Source: an uncultured Intestinimonas sp. (GTDB taxonomy: Bacteria; Bacillota; Clostridia; Oscillospirales; Oscillospiraceae). Taken from it: a stretch of DNA of 64,000 bases. The DNA is taken from positions 2,602 through 66,601 of the forward strand of contig NZ_CALXGA010000002.1 in assembly GCF_944387725.1 (NCBI RefSeq), in the 5' to 3' direction. The notes beneath the pieces were generated by a model. That model ran no database searches and was not told the origin of the DNA. It saw nothing but the letters and a program-made list of their open reading frames with translations. The position numbers and the translations under genes were made by a program. Positions 1-9,989 of this stretch are shown here, in pieces (position 1 is the first letter of the stretch; every line of letters begins with the position of its first letter).

Positions 1-1141
1 TGTCTCCTATGAGCCCCAGAACCAGGTGGTGGTGGTCAGCGCCGCCGCAGTGGACCAGAACGACCTCATCTCCCTGGAGAGCGTAACGCTGCTGCTGGAG
101 CAGGAGGCGGCCTCCCAGCCTCAGGGCGAGCCTGTCCAGCACACCAGCTCCAGCTACAGCCTGCCCTCCGGAACGGTGAGCGCCAACGTCATCACCGTGA
201 ATCTCAACGATCCCCGGGTGTCGGTCCGCAGCGGCATTGTGGGCGGGCGGCTCAACGCCACCGCCTCCTTTGGCGACATTGTGGCCTCCTCCGGCGGCGC
301 GGTGGCCGTCATCAACGGCAACTTCTTCGAGTCCTACCAGGATATCCAGGACCCCATCGGTCCGGTGATGGTGGACGGCAATTTTGTCTACGGCAACAGC
401 GGCTCCATGACCTCCGTTGGTATCACCGCCGACGGAAAGGTGTACTTCGGCCGTCCCTCCGTTTTCTACCGGGTGAAGACCACCGACGGCGGCGCCGCCC
501 AGGAGTGGTCCGGCTATAACCTCAATGTGTTCAACCAGTCCGCCGATGTCTCCGTGATCTACACCCCCGCCCGGGGGACCACGGTGCCGGTGACCTGCAC
601 CGGTGCGGTGCTCACCGTCATCAACGGCGTCACCACCAGCTATCAGCAGGTGGCGGCTGGGGACACCATCACCATCCCCGCCGACGGCTATGTCCTGTGG
701 ATGGGCACCGGCTTTACCTCCACCCACTATTTCAGCGTCCCTGAGATGGGCCGGACCGTGGTCCTGGAGCCCTATCTGCAGTCGGCTGATGAGGAGGGCT
801 TCTCTCTGGAGGGGGTCACCAGCCTTCTCTCCGGCGCCCCCCGTCTGGTGAAGGACGGAGCCATCGAGACCTACCTGGACCCCGGCTTCACCGAGGCCCG
901 GTTCACCACGAGCGTTACCCCCCGGACCGCCATCGGCGCTACCGCCGACGGCAAGCTCCTGTTGGTCCAGACCTCCGCCGCATCCATCCAGCAGATGCGG
1001 GAGCTGATGCTTCAGCTCGGCTGCCAGGACGCGGTGAACCTGGACGGCGGCGCCTCCACCGGAATGTACTATAACGGCCAGACCCTGGCCACCCCGGGCC
1101 GCCAGCTCACCACCACCCTCCAGGTGTTTGTGAACGGCTGA
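1..1141 (+). CDS. Phosphodiester glycosidase (NAGPA/DUF2233-type) domain protein, probably 5'-truncated by the window edge
   Basis: Motifs AVINGNFF, PRTAIG and NLDGGAST; frame is open to the window start. Confidence 0.75.
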   Translation, partial: VSYEPQNQVVVVSAAAVDQNDLISLESVTLLLEQEAASQPQGEPVQHTSSSYSLPSGTVSANVITVNLNDPRVSVRSGIVGGRLNATASFGDIVASSGGAVAVINGNFFESYQDIQDPIGPVMVDGNFVYGNSGSMTSVGITADGKVYFGRPSVFYRVKTTDGGAAQEWSGYNLNVFNQSADVSVIYTPARGTTVPVTCTGAVLTVINGVTTSYQQVAAGDTITIPADGYVLWMGTGFTSTHYFSVPEMGRTVVLEPYLQSADEEGFSLEGVTSLLSGAPRLVKDGAIETYLDPGFTEARFTTSVTPRTAIGATADGKLLLVQTSAASIQQMRELMLQLGCQDAVNLDGGASTGMYYNGQTLATPGRQLTTTLQVFVNG

Positions 1142-1166
1142 GCGCCGGGCCTCTCGGCTCAGATCG

Positions 1167-1204
1167 AATGGGCGTGGAGCGCCTGTGCTCCGCGCCCATT
1201 TTTG
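1167..1204 (+). terminator. Intrinsic terminator
   Basis: AATGGGCGTGGAGC...GCTCCGCGCCCATT hairpin followed by a T run. Confidence 0.7.
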
Positions 1205-1285
1205 CCCCCTCCATCTGAGTGGCAGAGGAGGGAATCCCGGCACCCAAAACGCATAGAATAGAAGATAAGGAAAGGGGGCGGGGGC

Positions 1286-1864
1286 ATGGAGCGGCGGTTC
1301 ACTCTGGAGGGGGGCGGAGCTCTGACGGTCCGGGAGGAGGGGCTCCGGGCGGTGTTGGCCGCCCAGCGCCCCGACGACGGGCGGGGGCTCTACCGGGCCT
1401 ACCTCCTGGGGCCAGAGGGCCGGGCCCTGCTGGGCACCATGGCGCCGGAAGGGAAAATACTTGTCATACGCCGCACCCTCTCTCTGGACGAGCTGCGCCG
1501 GCAGGGGGCCTGGCCACCCTGCGGCGGAAGAGCTGAGCTGTCTTTTTCCTTTACAGGGAATGCCGCGACGGAGGGCTGGCGCTGGGCCGACCCGGCGGCG
1601 CTGCCCTTCCGGGACAGGGAGCTCCGGCGGGCGGCGTCCCGGTTGGGCCGGACCCTGTACCGGCAGGAGGGAGAGGGCTTTGCCCTGGCCTGTCCCTTTT
1701 CCTGCCGGGAGCCCTTTCCCATCCCGGACCTCTTCTGTCTGGCGGAGCCGGCGGAGCTGGAGGGACGGCGGCATGTCCTCTTCCGCTTCGACGCCGTGGG
1801 CTGGCCTCTGCCGCCCGGGAGGGAGGGAGCGGGGAGCAGTCCCAAGGAAAAACAGCATGATTGA
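1286..1864 (+). CDS. Hypothetical protein (192 aa)
   Basis: Host-like codon usage, G-rich RBS, CATAGAAT (SigE/K-like -10) at 1252-1259. Confidence 0.6.
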   Translation: MERRFTLEGGGALTVREEGLRAVLAAQRPDDGRGLYRAYLLGPEGRALLGTMAPEGKILVIRRTLSLDELRRQGAWPPCGGRAELSFSFTGNAATEGWRWADPAALPFRDRELRRAASRLGRTLYRQEGEGFALACPFSCREPFPIPDLFCLAEPAELEGRRHVLFRFDAVGWPLPPGREGAGSSPKEKQHD

Positions 1865-1923
1865 CCCCGGGGCCGCGCTGTGTTAAACTGAGGGGCGAAA
1901 GACAAGAGAAGGAGAAATTTGCC

Positions 1924-2316
1924 GTGAAGAACAAAAAGATGTGGTTGAGCCTTGGGGCCCTGCTGCTTGTGGCCGCCGGCCTGCTGCTGGTCTACCGTGC
2001 CCTCGCCCCCCGGCCGGTAGAGGGGGCCAAGACCATTACCGTGGAGATTGTCCACGGGGACGGCTCCACCCGGACGGTGGAGCTCCACACGGACGCCGGA
2101 TACCTGGGGGAGGCACTGGATCAGGAGGAGGGCCTGGTGGAGGGTGAAGAAGGCCCCTACGGACTCTATATCAAGACAGTGGACGGGGAGACCGCCTCCG
2201 ACGCCGCGCGGACCTGGTGGTGCATCACCAAGGACGGGGGAGAGGTGACCACCAGCGCCGACCTCACCCCCATCGCCGACGGGGAGCATTATGAGCTCAC
2301 CCTGATGTCCTACTGA
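1924..2316 (+). CDS. DUF4430-type membrane-anchored protein, ECF-associated, possibly cobalamin-binding
   Basis: GTG start after GGAG; N-terminal hydrophobic helix; GLYIKTVDGE...WWCITKDG pattern; promoter TTGACC-17-TAAACT at 1861-1889. Confidence 0.65.
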   Translation: MKNKKMWLSLGALLLVAAGLLLVYRALAPRPVEGAKTITVEIVHGDGSTRTVELHTDAGYLGEALDQEEGLVEGEEGPYGLYIKTVDGETASDAARTWWCITKDGGEVTTSADLTPIADGEHYELTLMSY

Positions 2317-2831
2317 TGGGCCGGGCCAGACTGACCACCCGGCGGCTGGTGCTCTTCGCCCTGCTGGAGGCTCTTCTGGTGGGGCTCCAGGTGGCCATGG
2401 CCGCCCTTCCAAACATTGAGCCGGTGAGCCTCCTCATCATGGTCTATACTGTGGTCTTCGGCAGGGGGGTGGCCTATATCATCGCCGGCTTTGTAGTGCT
2501 GGAGATGCTGGTCTGGGGCGTCCATACCTGGGTCATCAGCTATTGCTACGTCTGGGCGGTGCTGGCAATATTGGCCTGGCTCTTCCGGCGGATGGAGTCC
2601 CGTCTTGGCTGGGCTATCCTTTCGGGGGGCTACGGGCTCTCCTTCGGGGCCCTGTGCGCTCTGGTCTACCTGCCCATCGGGGGCCCGGCCATGTTCGCTG
2701 CTACCTGGGTGGCGGGCATTCCCTTCGACCTCCTCCACTGTGCCGGGAACTTCGCCATGGCGCTGCTGCTCTTTCAGCCCAGCCGGCGGCTCCTCGCTGC
2801 CCTCTGGCATCGGATGGAGGACCAGCAGTAG
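2316..2831 (+). CDS. ECF transporter S component (CbrT-like)
   Basis: Multi-pass hydrophobic protein with LPNIEPVS and GIPFDLLH motifs; start overlaps the upstream stop. Confidence 0.65.
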   Translation: MGRARLTTRRLVLFALLEALLVGLQVAMAALPNIEPVSLLIMVYTVVFGRGVAYIIAGFVVLEMLVWGVHTWVISYCYVWAVLAILAWLFRRMESRLGWAILSGGYGLSFGALCALVYLPIGGPAMFAATWVAGIPFDLLHCAGNFAMALLLFQPSRRLLAALWHRMEDQQ

Positions 2832-2901
2832 AGCAAAAAGGACTGGGACCGGCGTTTTGCCGGGCCCAGTCCTCCGCTTGTCTTAGAAAAAGAGGCCCGT
2901 C

Positions 2902-3519
2902 TCAGCCCCGGCGGATGTCGTAGCGGTTGGAGACGAAGTCCCAGTTGATAAGGCCGAACCAGGCGTCCACATAGTCGCCCCGGCGGTTCTGGTAGTCCAG
3001 GTAGTAGGCGTGCTCCCAGACATCTACGCACAGCAGGGGCCAGAGCCCCTGGCTGAGGGGGCAGTCCTGGTTTGGGGTCTTGATTACCGAGAGGGCCCCG
3101 TCCCCATCGGCTGCCAGCCAGGCGTATCCTGAGCCGAACTGGCCCAGGGCGGCCTCCTTCATCCGAACCCGCCACTCCTCCAGTGAGCCGAAGGCCCGGC
3201 AGACGGCCCGGGACAGGTTCCCAGCGGGGAGGCTGCTCCTGCCGCCCATACAGTCGAAGTAGAGGTAGTGGTTATAGACGCCGCCCGCGTTGTTGCGGAT
3301 GGCGGTGCGCTTGTGCTCCGGGATGCGGTCCAGATTTTGCAGCAGCTCCTCCAGGGATTTTTTCTGGCAGTCCGGGCAGTCGGCCAGGGCCTTGTTCAGG
3401 TTGTCCACATAGGTCTGGAGGTGCTTGTCGTGGTGGAAGTGGAGGGTTTGCTCGCTGATCTCCGGGCGGAGGGCGTCGTAGGCGTAGGGCAGGGGGCGCA
3501 GGGTGAAGGGATAGGGCAT
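2902..3519 (-). CDS. sodA: Fe/Mn superoxide dismutase
   Basis: LPYAYDAL, HHDKH, FGSGYAWL, DVWEHAYY signature. Confidence 0.95.
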   Translation of the reverse strand: MPYPFTLRPLPYAYDALRPEISEQTLHFHHDKHLQTYVDNLNKALADCPDCQKKSLEELLQNLDRIPEHKRTAIRNNAGGVYNHYLYFDCMGGRSSLPAGNLSRAVCRAFGSLEEWRVRMKEAALGQFGSGYAWLAADGDGALSVIKTPNQDCPLSQGLWPLLCVDVWEHAYYLDYQNRRGDYVDAWFGLINWDFVSNRYDIRRG

Positions 3520-3611
3520 GGGGCAAGACTCCTTTCACAAGTGATTGTGTTTTGCCGGCATTTGCGTTATACTACCTTACATATCATTCCTATTTTGACG
3601 GAGAAGATACC

Positions 3612-4013
3612 ATGACGGATTATTTTCATCTCAGCGCCAGCCCGGACGCTATCCGGGGGGTGAGCAATCTGGGTCTGGCCCATCTGGGGGACGGTGTCTA
3701 CGAGCTGATGGTGCGCTCCTGGCTGGTGCTCCACGGAAAGGCTACCTCCCGGGGGCTCCACCGGGCCACCGTCCGGCTGGTGGCGGCCCCGGCCCAGGCC
3801 GCCCTGACGGAGAAAATCCTGCCCGTCCTCACGGAGGAGGAGCAGGACGTCTTCCGGAGGGGGCGCAACGCCAGCCCCCACACCGTACCCAAAGCCGCCA
3901 GCCGGGAGGAGTACCAGACGGCCACCGCCCTGGAGGCCCTCTTCGGCTATTTATATTTGCAGGGGAAGACGGAGCGGCTCAACGAGCTCTTCACCCTGAT
4001 GATGGGAGCGTGA
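3612..4013 (+). CDS. mrnC: Mini-ribonuclease III
   Basis: LAHLGDGVYEL, RRGRNA, ATALEALFGYLYL. Confidence 0.9.
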   Translation: MTDYFHLSASPDAIRGVSNLGLAHLGDGVYELMVRSWLVLHGKATSRGLHRATVRLVAAPAQAALTEKILPVLTEEEQDVFRRGRNASPHTVPKAASREEYQTATALEALFGYLYLQGKTERLNELFTLMMGA

Positions 4014-4020
4014 GGGAGTC

Positions 4021-5649
4021 ATGGCACTGGACGCGATGTGTCTGACGACGGTGGCGGAGGAGCTCCGCCCCACCCTGGAGGGCGGAAAGATCGACAAAAT
4101 TTATCAGCCCAGCCGGGATGAGATTCTTCTGGCAGTCCGGGGGGGCGGGGAGAACGTGCGCCTCCTCCTCTCGGCCAGCCCCAATGGACCCCGGCTCCAT
4201 CTGACCCGGGAGGTCCGGGAGAACCCGGCCCAGCCCCCCATGTTCTGTATGCTTCTGCGCAAACACCTCACCGGGGCCCGCATCCTCCGGCTGGAGCAGC
4301 CGGAGCTGGAGCGCATCATCCTCCTGCGGCTGGAGGCCACCGACGAGCTGGGGGATCGGGTGGGGCGCACCCTGGTGCTGGAGGCCATGGGCCGCAGGGC
4401 CAACCTCATCCTGCTGGACGGGGAGGGGCGCATCCTGGACTGCATCCGCCGGGTGGAGGGGGATGTGGCCACCGGCCAGCGGGGCGTGATGCCCGGCCTC
4501 TTCTATCGCCTGCCGGAGCCCCGGCCCGGCCTGTCCCCCCTCCTGGAGCGGGAGCTGGACTTCCGCTCCAACGGGGAGAGCCGGACGGAGCCCCTGGAGC
4601 GGAAGCTCTCCCGGCTCCGGGAGATCCTGGGCCGGGAGGGGGGCCCCTACCTCCTCCTCCAGGAGGGAAAGCCAGCGGACTTCTCCTGCCTGCCCATCCT
4701 CCAGTACGGGCCGGAGGTGGAGCTGCGCCGCTGTGAGAGCTTTTCTCAGCTCCTGGATGTGTTCTATGCCGGCCGGGCCACAGCGGAAAAGGTGGGCCAG
4801 CGGGGGGCCGGCCTCCTGAAGGCGGTGACCCGGGTCCGGGACCGGGTGGCCCGGCGGGTGGACCAGCAGGAGCTGGAGCGGGAGGCCACCCGGGACCGGG
4901 AGCGTAAGCGGGAGCTGGGGGACATCCTGACCTCCAGCCTCCATGTCCTGGAGAAGGGGATGCGCACCGTCCGGCTGACCGACTACTACGACCCGGAGGG
5001 CCGGGAGGTGGAGATCCCCCTGGACCCACTATTGACCCCCCAGCAGAACGCCGCCCGGTACTATAAGGAGTACAACAAGGCCAAGACGGCGGAGGTGGTG
5101 CTGGGGGAGCAGATCGAGAAGGGAAGGCGGGAGCTGGAGTACCTGGACAGCGTCCTGGAGGCCGTCCATCTGGCGGAGGGGGAGCGTGACCTGCTGGAAA
5201 TCCGGCAGGAGCTCACCGAGACGGGCTACCTCCGCCGGGGGGACAAGGCGGCCAAGCGGATGAAGGCGGCGGCCAAGCCCATGGAGTTCCGCTCCTCCGC
5301 CGGGCTGCGGATTTCGGTGGGGAAGAACAACACCCAGAACGACCTCCTCACCACCCGGCTGGCGGGAAAGGGGGACCTGTGGCTTCACACCCAGAAGATT
5401 CACGGCTCCCACGTCATCCTGTGGACCGGGGGAGAGACCCCCGACGCCAAGAGCGTGGAGGAGGCCGCCGTGCTGGCGGCCTGGTTCTCCCAGGCCAGAG
5501 AGGGGAAGAAGGTGCCGGTGGACTATACCCCGGTGAAATATGTGAAAAAGCCCGCCGGGGCCCGGCCGGGGATGGTGGTCTACACCACCTATCAGACCGC
5601 CTATGTGGACCCGGACGGGGATCTGGCAAAGAAGCTGAGAGTCAAGTAA
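4021..5649 (+). CDS. rqcH: Ribosome quality control protein RqcH (NFACT/FbpA family)
   Basis: KIDKIYQP, PPMFCMLLRKHL, QNAARYYKEYNKAK, VGKNNTQND, HGSHV. Confidence 0.92.
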   Translation: MALDAMCLTTVAEELRPTLEGGKIDKIYQPSRDEILLAVRGGGENVRLLLSASPNGPRLHLTREVRENPAQPPMFCMLLRKHLTGARILRLEQPELERIILLRLEATDELGDRVGRTLVLEAMGRRANLILLDGEGRILDCIRRVEGDVATGQRGVMPGLFYRLPEPRPGLSPLLERELDFRSNGESRTEPLERKLSRLREILGREGGPYLLLQEGKPADFSCLPILQYGPEVELRRCESFSQLLDVFYAGRATAEKVGQRGAGLLKAVTRVRDRVARRVDQQELEREATRDRERKRELGDILTSSLHVLEKGMRTVRLTDYYDPEGREVEIPLDPLLTPQQNAARYYKEYNKAKTAEVVLGEQIEKGRRELEYLDSVLEAVHLAEGERDLLEIRQELTETGYLRRGDKAAKRMKAAAKPMEFRSSAGLRISVGKNNTQNDLLTTRLAGKGDLWLHTQKIHGSHVILWTGGETPDAKSVEEAAVLAAWFSQAREGKKVPVDYTPVKYVKKPAGARPGMVVYTTYQTAYVDPDGDLAKKLRVK

Positions 5650-5737
5650 AAGCCCCGGCCCTCTGGCTGGGAAGAGAGAAGGAGGAGATCCATATGCTGA
5701 AATGGGTCTGCTGGGACCGGGAGGGGAAGCAATAGCC

Positions 5738-6430
5738 ATGGAGACCTGTCACATTTTGGTGGTGGAGGACGACCAGGACATCAACCGCCTCCTTTGCCGC
5801 ATCCTCACCGATGGGGGCTACGACGTGCGCCCGGCCTTTTCCGGCAGCGAAGCGGTGCTGTGGGCCGAGCAGTACGAATACGACCTGGTCCTCCTGGACC
5901 TGATGCTTCCCGGCCTCACCGGGGAAGAGTTCATCGCCCGGATGCGGAAGCAGAAGACCATGCCCATCCTGGTGCTCTCGGCCAAGGCGGGGCTGGAGGA
6001 TCGGGTGAATGTGCTCCGGATTGGGGCCGACGACTTTATCCCCAAGCCCTTTGACAACGACGAGGTTCTGGCCCGGATAGAGGCCCAGCTCCGGCGGTAC
6101 AAGGAGTTCTCCGCCCCGGTGGGAGCGGCCCAGGTCCTCCGCTGTGGGGATCTGGAGCTGGACCGGGAGGCCGTCCGGGTCACCGCCGGGGGAAGGGAGG
6201 CGGCCCTCACCGCCCGGGAGTTCGAGATTCTGGCCCTGCTCATGTCCCACCCCAGAAAGGTCTATACCCGGGAGCAGCTCTACGAAACGGTGTGGGGCGG
6301 GGAATACATGGGGGATGACAACACCGTCAACGTCCATATCTCCAACCTGAGGGCCAAGCTGGGGAAGGTTTCCGACCGGGAGTACATCCGCACCGTTTGG
6401 GGCATTGGCTTCAAGATGAACGTGGAGTAG
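5738..6430 (+). CDS. OmpR-family response regulator
   Basis: Receiver domain (VEDD, DLMLPG, KPF) plus winged helix (TVWGIGFK). Confidence 0.93.
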   Translation: METCHILVVEDDQDINRLLCRILTDGGYDVRPAFSGSEAVLWAEQYEYDLVLLDLMLPGLTGEEFIARMRKQKTMPILVLSAKAGLEDRVNVLRIGADDFIPKPFDNDEVLARIEAQLRRYKEFSAPVGAAQVLRCGDLELDREAVRVTAGGREAALTAREFEILALLMSHPRKVYTREQLYETVWGGEYMGDDNTVNVHISNLRAKLGKVSDREYIRTVWGIGFKMNVE

Positions 6431-6437
6431 GGCATGG

Positions 6438-6492
6438 CTTTATGCTTTCTTCACCTTTGCTTAAAGGAATCCTGCTGCCTTCGTGCTATCAT
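6438..6492 (+). promoter_or_regulatory. Putative OmpR-type direct-repeat site and -10 box of the ABC operon
   Basis: CTTTA/CTTCA/CTTAA at 6438, 6449 and 6460 (11-bp period), then TGcTATCAT. Confidence 0.5.
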
Positions 6493-6526
6493 GGCATCAT
6501 GATTCCAAAAGAAAGGCTGATGCCAT

Positions 6527-7450
6527 ATGTCGAAACCAATCCTGGCGACCCGCGCCCTCACCAAACGATACGGCGCCGCAGCGGCGGTGGAGGATGTGGA
6601 CCTCTGCCTGGAGAAGGGCCAGATTTACGGCCTGGTGGGCCGGAACGGCGCCGGTAAGACCACCATCATTCGGATGCTCACCGCCCAGACCCTCCCCGCT
6701 TCCGGGGAAATCGAGCTATTCGGAGAGACCACACCCAGGGGCCTATCCGCTGCCCGGGCCCGGGTGGGGGCCATGGTGGAGATTCCCAGCTTCTACCCCT
6801 ACCTCACCGCCGCTGAGAACCTGGAGTACTACCGCCGCCAGCGGGGCATCCCTGGCCAAGCCTGTGTGGGGCAGGTGCTGGAGCAGGTGGGACTCCAGGG
6901 CGCGGGAAAAAAGAAGTTCAAGCACTTTTCCCTGGGCATGAAGCAGCGGCTGGGCCTGGGCCTGGCCCTGATGAACCACCCGGACCTTCTCCTTCTGGAC
7001 GAACCCATCAACGGACTGGACCCGGAGGGCATTGTGGAGTTTCGGAACCTGCTGCTGGACCTAAACCGCCAGCGGGAGACCACCATCCTGATCTCCAGCC
7101 ACATCCTCTCGGAGCTCTCCAACGTGGCCACCCACTTCGGCTTTTTGGACAAGGGCCACATGCTGGAGCAGATTTCCGCCCAGGCCCTCCGGGAGAAGTG
7201 CCGGGCCTGCCTCCAGATTACGGTAGATGACACCGCCCGGGCCGCCCTGGCCCTGGAACAGCGGCTGGACACCCGGGACTACGAGGTCCTGCCCGGCAAT
7301 GTGCTCCGGCTCTACGGCTTCCTGGACCGGCCCCAGGCGGTGGCCGCTGTCCTCACCGAGATGAAGGTGGCCCTTCTGGGTCTGGAGAACCGGAGCGCCA
7401 ACCTGGAGGACTACTTCCTGGGCCTGATTGGAGGTGTCCGCCATGGGTAA
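6527..7450 (+). CDS. ABC transporter ATP-binding protein (BcrA/lantibiotic-immunity type)
   Basis: GRNGAGKTT, FSLGMKQRL, LLDEPINGLD. Confidence 0.92.
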   Translation: MSKPILATRALTKRYGAAAAVEDVDLCLEKGQIYGLVGRNGAGKTTIIRMLTAQTLPASGEIELFGETTPRGLSAARARVGAMVEIPSFYPYLTAAENLEYYRRQRGIPGQACVGQVLEQVGLQGAGKKKFKHFSLGMKQRLGLGLALMNHPDLLLLDEPINGLDPEGIVEFRNLLLDLNRQRETTILISSHILSELSNVATHFGFLDKGHMLEQISAQALREKCRACLQITVDDTARAALALEQRLDTRDYEVLPGNVLRLYGFLDRPQAVAAVLTEMKVALLGLENRSANLEDYFLGLIGGVRHG

Positions 7451-8216
7451 GTATCTATTGGCCGAGGGCTATAAACTGACCCGCCGCTCCTACTTATGGC
7501 TTGCCCTCCTCATCACCGGAGCCCTGGAGCTCCTGCTGGTGGTCCTGTTCGCCGCGCTGAACGGAGACGTTACCAACATGACCGCCTCGGTGGGCCTGAC
7601 CGTCCTCCTCTATCTGCTGCCCTTTGGGTACTACGCCACCGCTGTCACTGGGGACATCGTCTTCTCTGAGCAGTACAAGCACAACACCCTGAAAAACGAG
7701 GTGGCCTATGGCCTGCCCCGGCTGCGGATTTACTTCGGTAAGCTCCTGGCCAGCACCCTGCTGGCCCTGGCTGCCTGTGCTGTTCTCGTGCTCTGGTACG
7801 GCCTGCTGTGCGGGGTGCTCCTCCCCGGAGACGGGGCCATGCTCAACGCCTGGAGGACGGTGGGTTTTGGATTGCTGACTGCCCTGCCGGTGTGGCTGGG
7901 GGCCCAGTCCCTCTATCTCATGTGCTTCTTCGTCTTCCGGGGCAGCACAGCCGCGACTCTGGTGGGGACCGGAATCCTGGCCATTTTGGGCCAAGCCCTT
8001 CAGCTCCTCTACCTGCTGGTCAGCGTCCGGGTTCCCGCCCTGGGGGAGGTGGTGCTGGTGCTCCAGGACCTGCTGCTCACCGCCCCTCTGGAGGGTCTGA
8101 TCGATGATGTGTGGAACTGGTCCCGGATGGGCTGGTCCTGGGCGGTTGGCCTGGGCTGGTGCGCTGCCACCACAGCCATCGGCTGTTGGAGCTTCCACCG
8201 GCGGGAAATCAGCTGA
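7443..8216 (+). CDS. ABC-2 type permease
   Basis: Hydrophobic; EQYKHNTLKN motif; C-terminal FHRREI. Confidence 0.82.
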   Translation: MGKYLLAEGYKLTRRSYLWLALLITGALELLLVVLFAALNGDVTNMTASVGLTVLLYLLPFGYYATAVTGDIVFSEQYKHNTLKNEVAYGLPRLRIYFGKLLASTLLALAACAVLVLWYGLLCGVLLPGDGAMLNAWRTVGFGLLTALPVWLGAQSLYLMCFFVFRGSTAATLVGTGILAILGQALQLLYLLVSVRVPALGEVVLVLQDLLLTAPLEGLIDDVWNWSRMGWSWAVGLGWCAATTAIGCWSFHRREIS

Positions 8217-8232
8217 GGGAGGAGGTCCCGCC

Positions 8233-9003
8233 GTGCTCAACTATCTCAGCGCCGAGCTCTGGCGGATGCGCTGCCGGAGATTGGATCTGGCCCAGTGGAT
8301 GATCTTTCTGCTCCTGGCCGCCCTGGCGGGGTGGTTCTGCGGGACCGGCTCCCCGGCGGAGGCTCTGGAAGCCTTTCAGAACCTGCTTCCCGCAGGGCTC
8401 TATGCGGCCCTGCCCCTGACCTCCTGGGCGGAAGGGGACGCCGCTCGGACGGGCCTGCTCACCAATGAAATCGTCTTCGGCCTGCCCCGGGGCCGCATCT
8501 ACCTGGGAAAGCTCTTTGCCGCCTTTCTGATGGGGCTTCTGCTCTTTCTCTTCACCGCCCTGGCCTTTCTGGGGGTGGCCCTGCCCCTGGCCGCTCAGGA
8601 TGGCTGGGGGACCTGGGAGGGGGACCCCGTCCTGGCTCTGGCGGTCTGGATCCAGCTTCTGGAGGCTGTGCTGTGCGCCCTGCCCCGGTATTTTGGGGCG
8701 GCGGCCCTGGCCCATCTATTGCTCTTCTCCCTCCGCAGCGCCGGACTGGGGGCTGTGCTCTACTACCTCTATTTTTTCTTCGGAGAGATGACCCTGGCCG
8801 CTGTGAGCTTCCAGGGAATGGGCCTGGTGGGCACAGCGCTCAATACCCTGGGCGACCTGCTCCGGCCCTTCCTCCTCAGCGGACCCTATTTCATGGATAT
8901 GCCGCCAGCGGAGGTGGGGCAGAGCTGGACGGTGGGGGCGGTCTGGGTGGCCGGCGCCTCGGCCCTGGGTTTGGCCCTGTTCCGGCGGCGGGAAATTCGC
9001 TGA
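8233..9003 (+). CDS. Second ABC-2 type permease
   Basis: GTG start after GGAGG; paralog of the previous gene (GLPRGRIYLGK, FRRREI). Confidence 0.8.
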   Translation: MLNYLSAELWRMRCRRLDLAQWMIFLLLAALAGWFCGTGSPAEALEAFQNLLPAGLYAALPLTSWAEGDAARTGLLTNEIVFGLPRGRIYLGKLFAAFLMGLLLFLFTALAFLGVALPLAAQDGWGTWEGDPVLALAVWIQLLEAVLCALPRYFGAAALAHLLLFSLRSAGLGAVLYYLYFFFGEMTLAAVSFQGMGLVGTALNTLGDLLRPFLLSGPYFMDMPPAEVGQSWTVGAVWVAGASALGLALFRRREIR

Positions 9004-9021
9004 CAAGGGGGAATCCTTACC

Positions 9022-9927
9022 ATGCTGATCCTGGCGGTGATTCTGCTCCTGGCGATCTGCGCCGCCCTGGGGCTGCGCCTCTATACCCTGGAGCGGGATA
9101 TTCGCCGGTGCGCCCGACAGCTCCGGGAGGGGCGGACCGCCCGGGTCGCCATGGCCGCCCCCCACCGGGGGGTGGAGGCGCTTCTGACGGCGGTGAACGG
9201 CCTGCTGGCCCTACGGGAGTCCGACGCCGCCGCCCACCGGCGGCAGGAGAAGGCCATCCGGCAACAGATCGCCAACATCTCCCATGACCTGCGGACCCCC
9301 CTTACCTCCATCTTGGGCTATCTCCAGCTTCTGGAGGGAGACAACCTCACCCCCCAGGAGCGCCGGGAGTACCTGGACATCGTCCGGGGCCGGGCCAGGG
9401 CCCTTCAGAGTCTCATCACCAGCTTTTACGACCTGTCCCGGCTGGAGGGGGAGGAGTACCCCCTCTCTAGGGAGCGGGTGGACCTCTACCATGTCCTCAG
9501 CGAGCTGGCAGCCGAGTTCTACAACGACTTCGAGGGGGCCGGCTTCGAGATGACGGTGGAGCTCCAGGAGGGTCTGCCGCCGGTGACGGCGGACCCCGCC
9601 GGAGTGCTCCGGGTCTTCACCAACCTCATCCGCAACGTCTTGGAGCACGGACGGGAGCGGATGTCGATTCTGCTCTACCGGGAGGGGGAGGCGGTGTGCT
9701 CGGTCTTTGCCAATGACGCCCCAGGGCTCGCCCAGGAGGATGTCCAGCACGTCTTCGACCGCTTCTTCACCGCTGACAAGATGCGCACCGGCCAGTCTAC
9801 CGGACTTGGGCTGGCCATTGTCAAGGCCCTGGTGGAGCGTATGGGCCATACGGTGACGGCCGAGCTCACCCCGGAGGGCCTCTTCCAGATCACGGTTCGC
9901 TGGCGGATCGCCCGACGGCAGGGGTAA
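9022..9927 (+). CDS. Sensor histidine kinase (single N-terminal helix)
   Basis: H-box SHDLRTPLT, N-box NLIRN, G-box TGLGLAI. Confidence 0.92.
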   Translation: MLILAVILLLAICAALGLRLYTLERDIRRCARQLREGRTARVAMAAPHRGVEALLTAVNGLLALRESDAAAHRRQEKAIRQQIANISHDLRTPLTSILGYLQLLEGDNLTPQERREYLDIVRGRARALQSLITSFYDLSRLEGEEYPLSRERVDLYHVLSELAAEFYNDFEGAGFEMTVELQEGLPPVTADPAGVLRVFTNLIRNVLEHGRERMSILLYREGEAVCSVFANDAPGLAQEDVQHVFDRFFTADKMRTGQSTGLGLAIVKALVERMGHTVTAELTPEGLFQITVRWRIARRQG

Positions 9928-9989
9928 GGCCCCCTCCGCCTGGCCTTATTATAGGAAGACCGCACCCAGTCAGGATTGGGCGCGGTCTT

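Noticed and set aside
5738-9927. Two-component/ABC module as a bacteriocin biosynthesis locus
   Set aside because: No precursor peptide or modification enzyme nearby; it looks like an ordinary sensing/resistance module.
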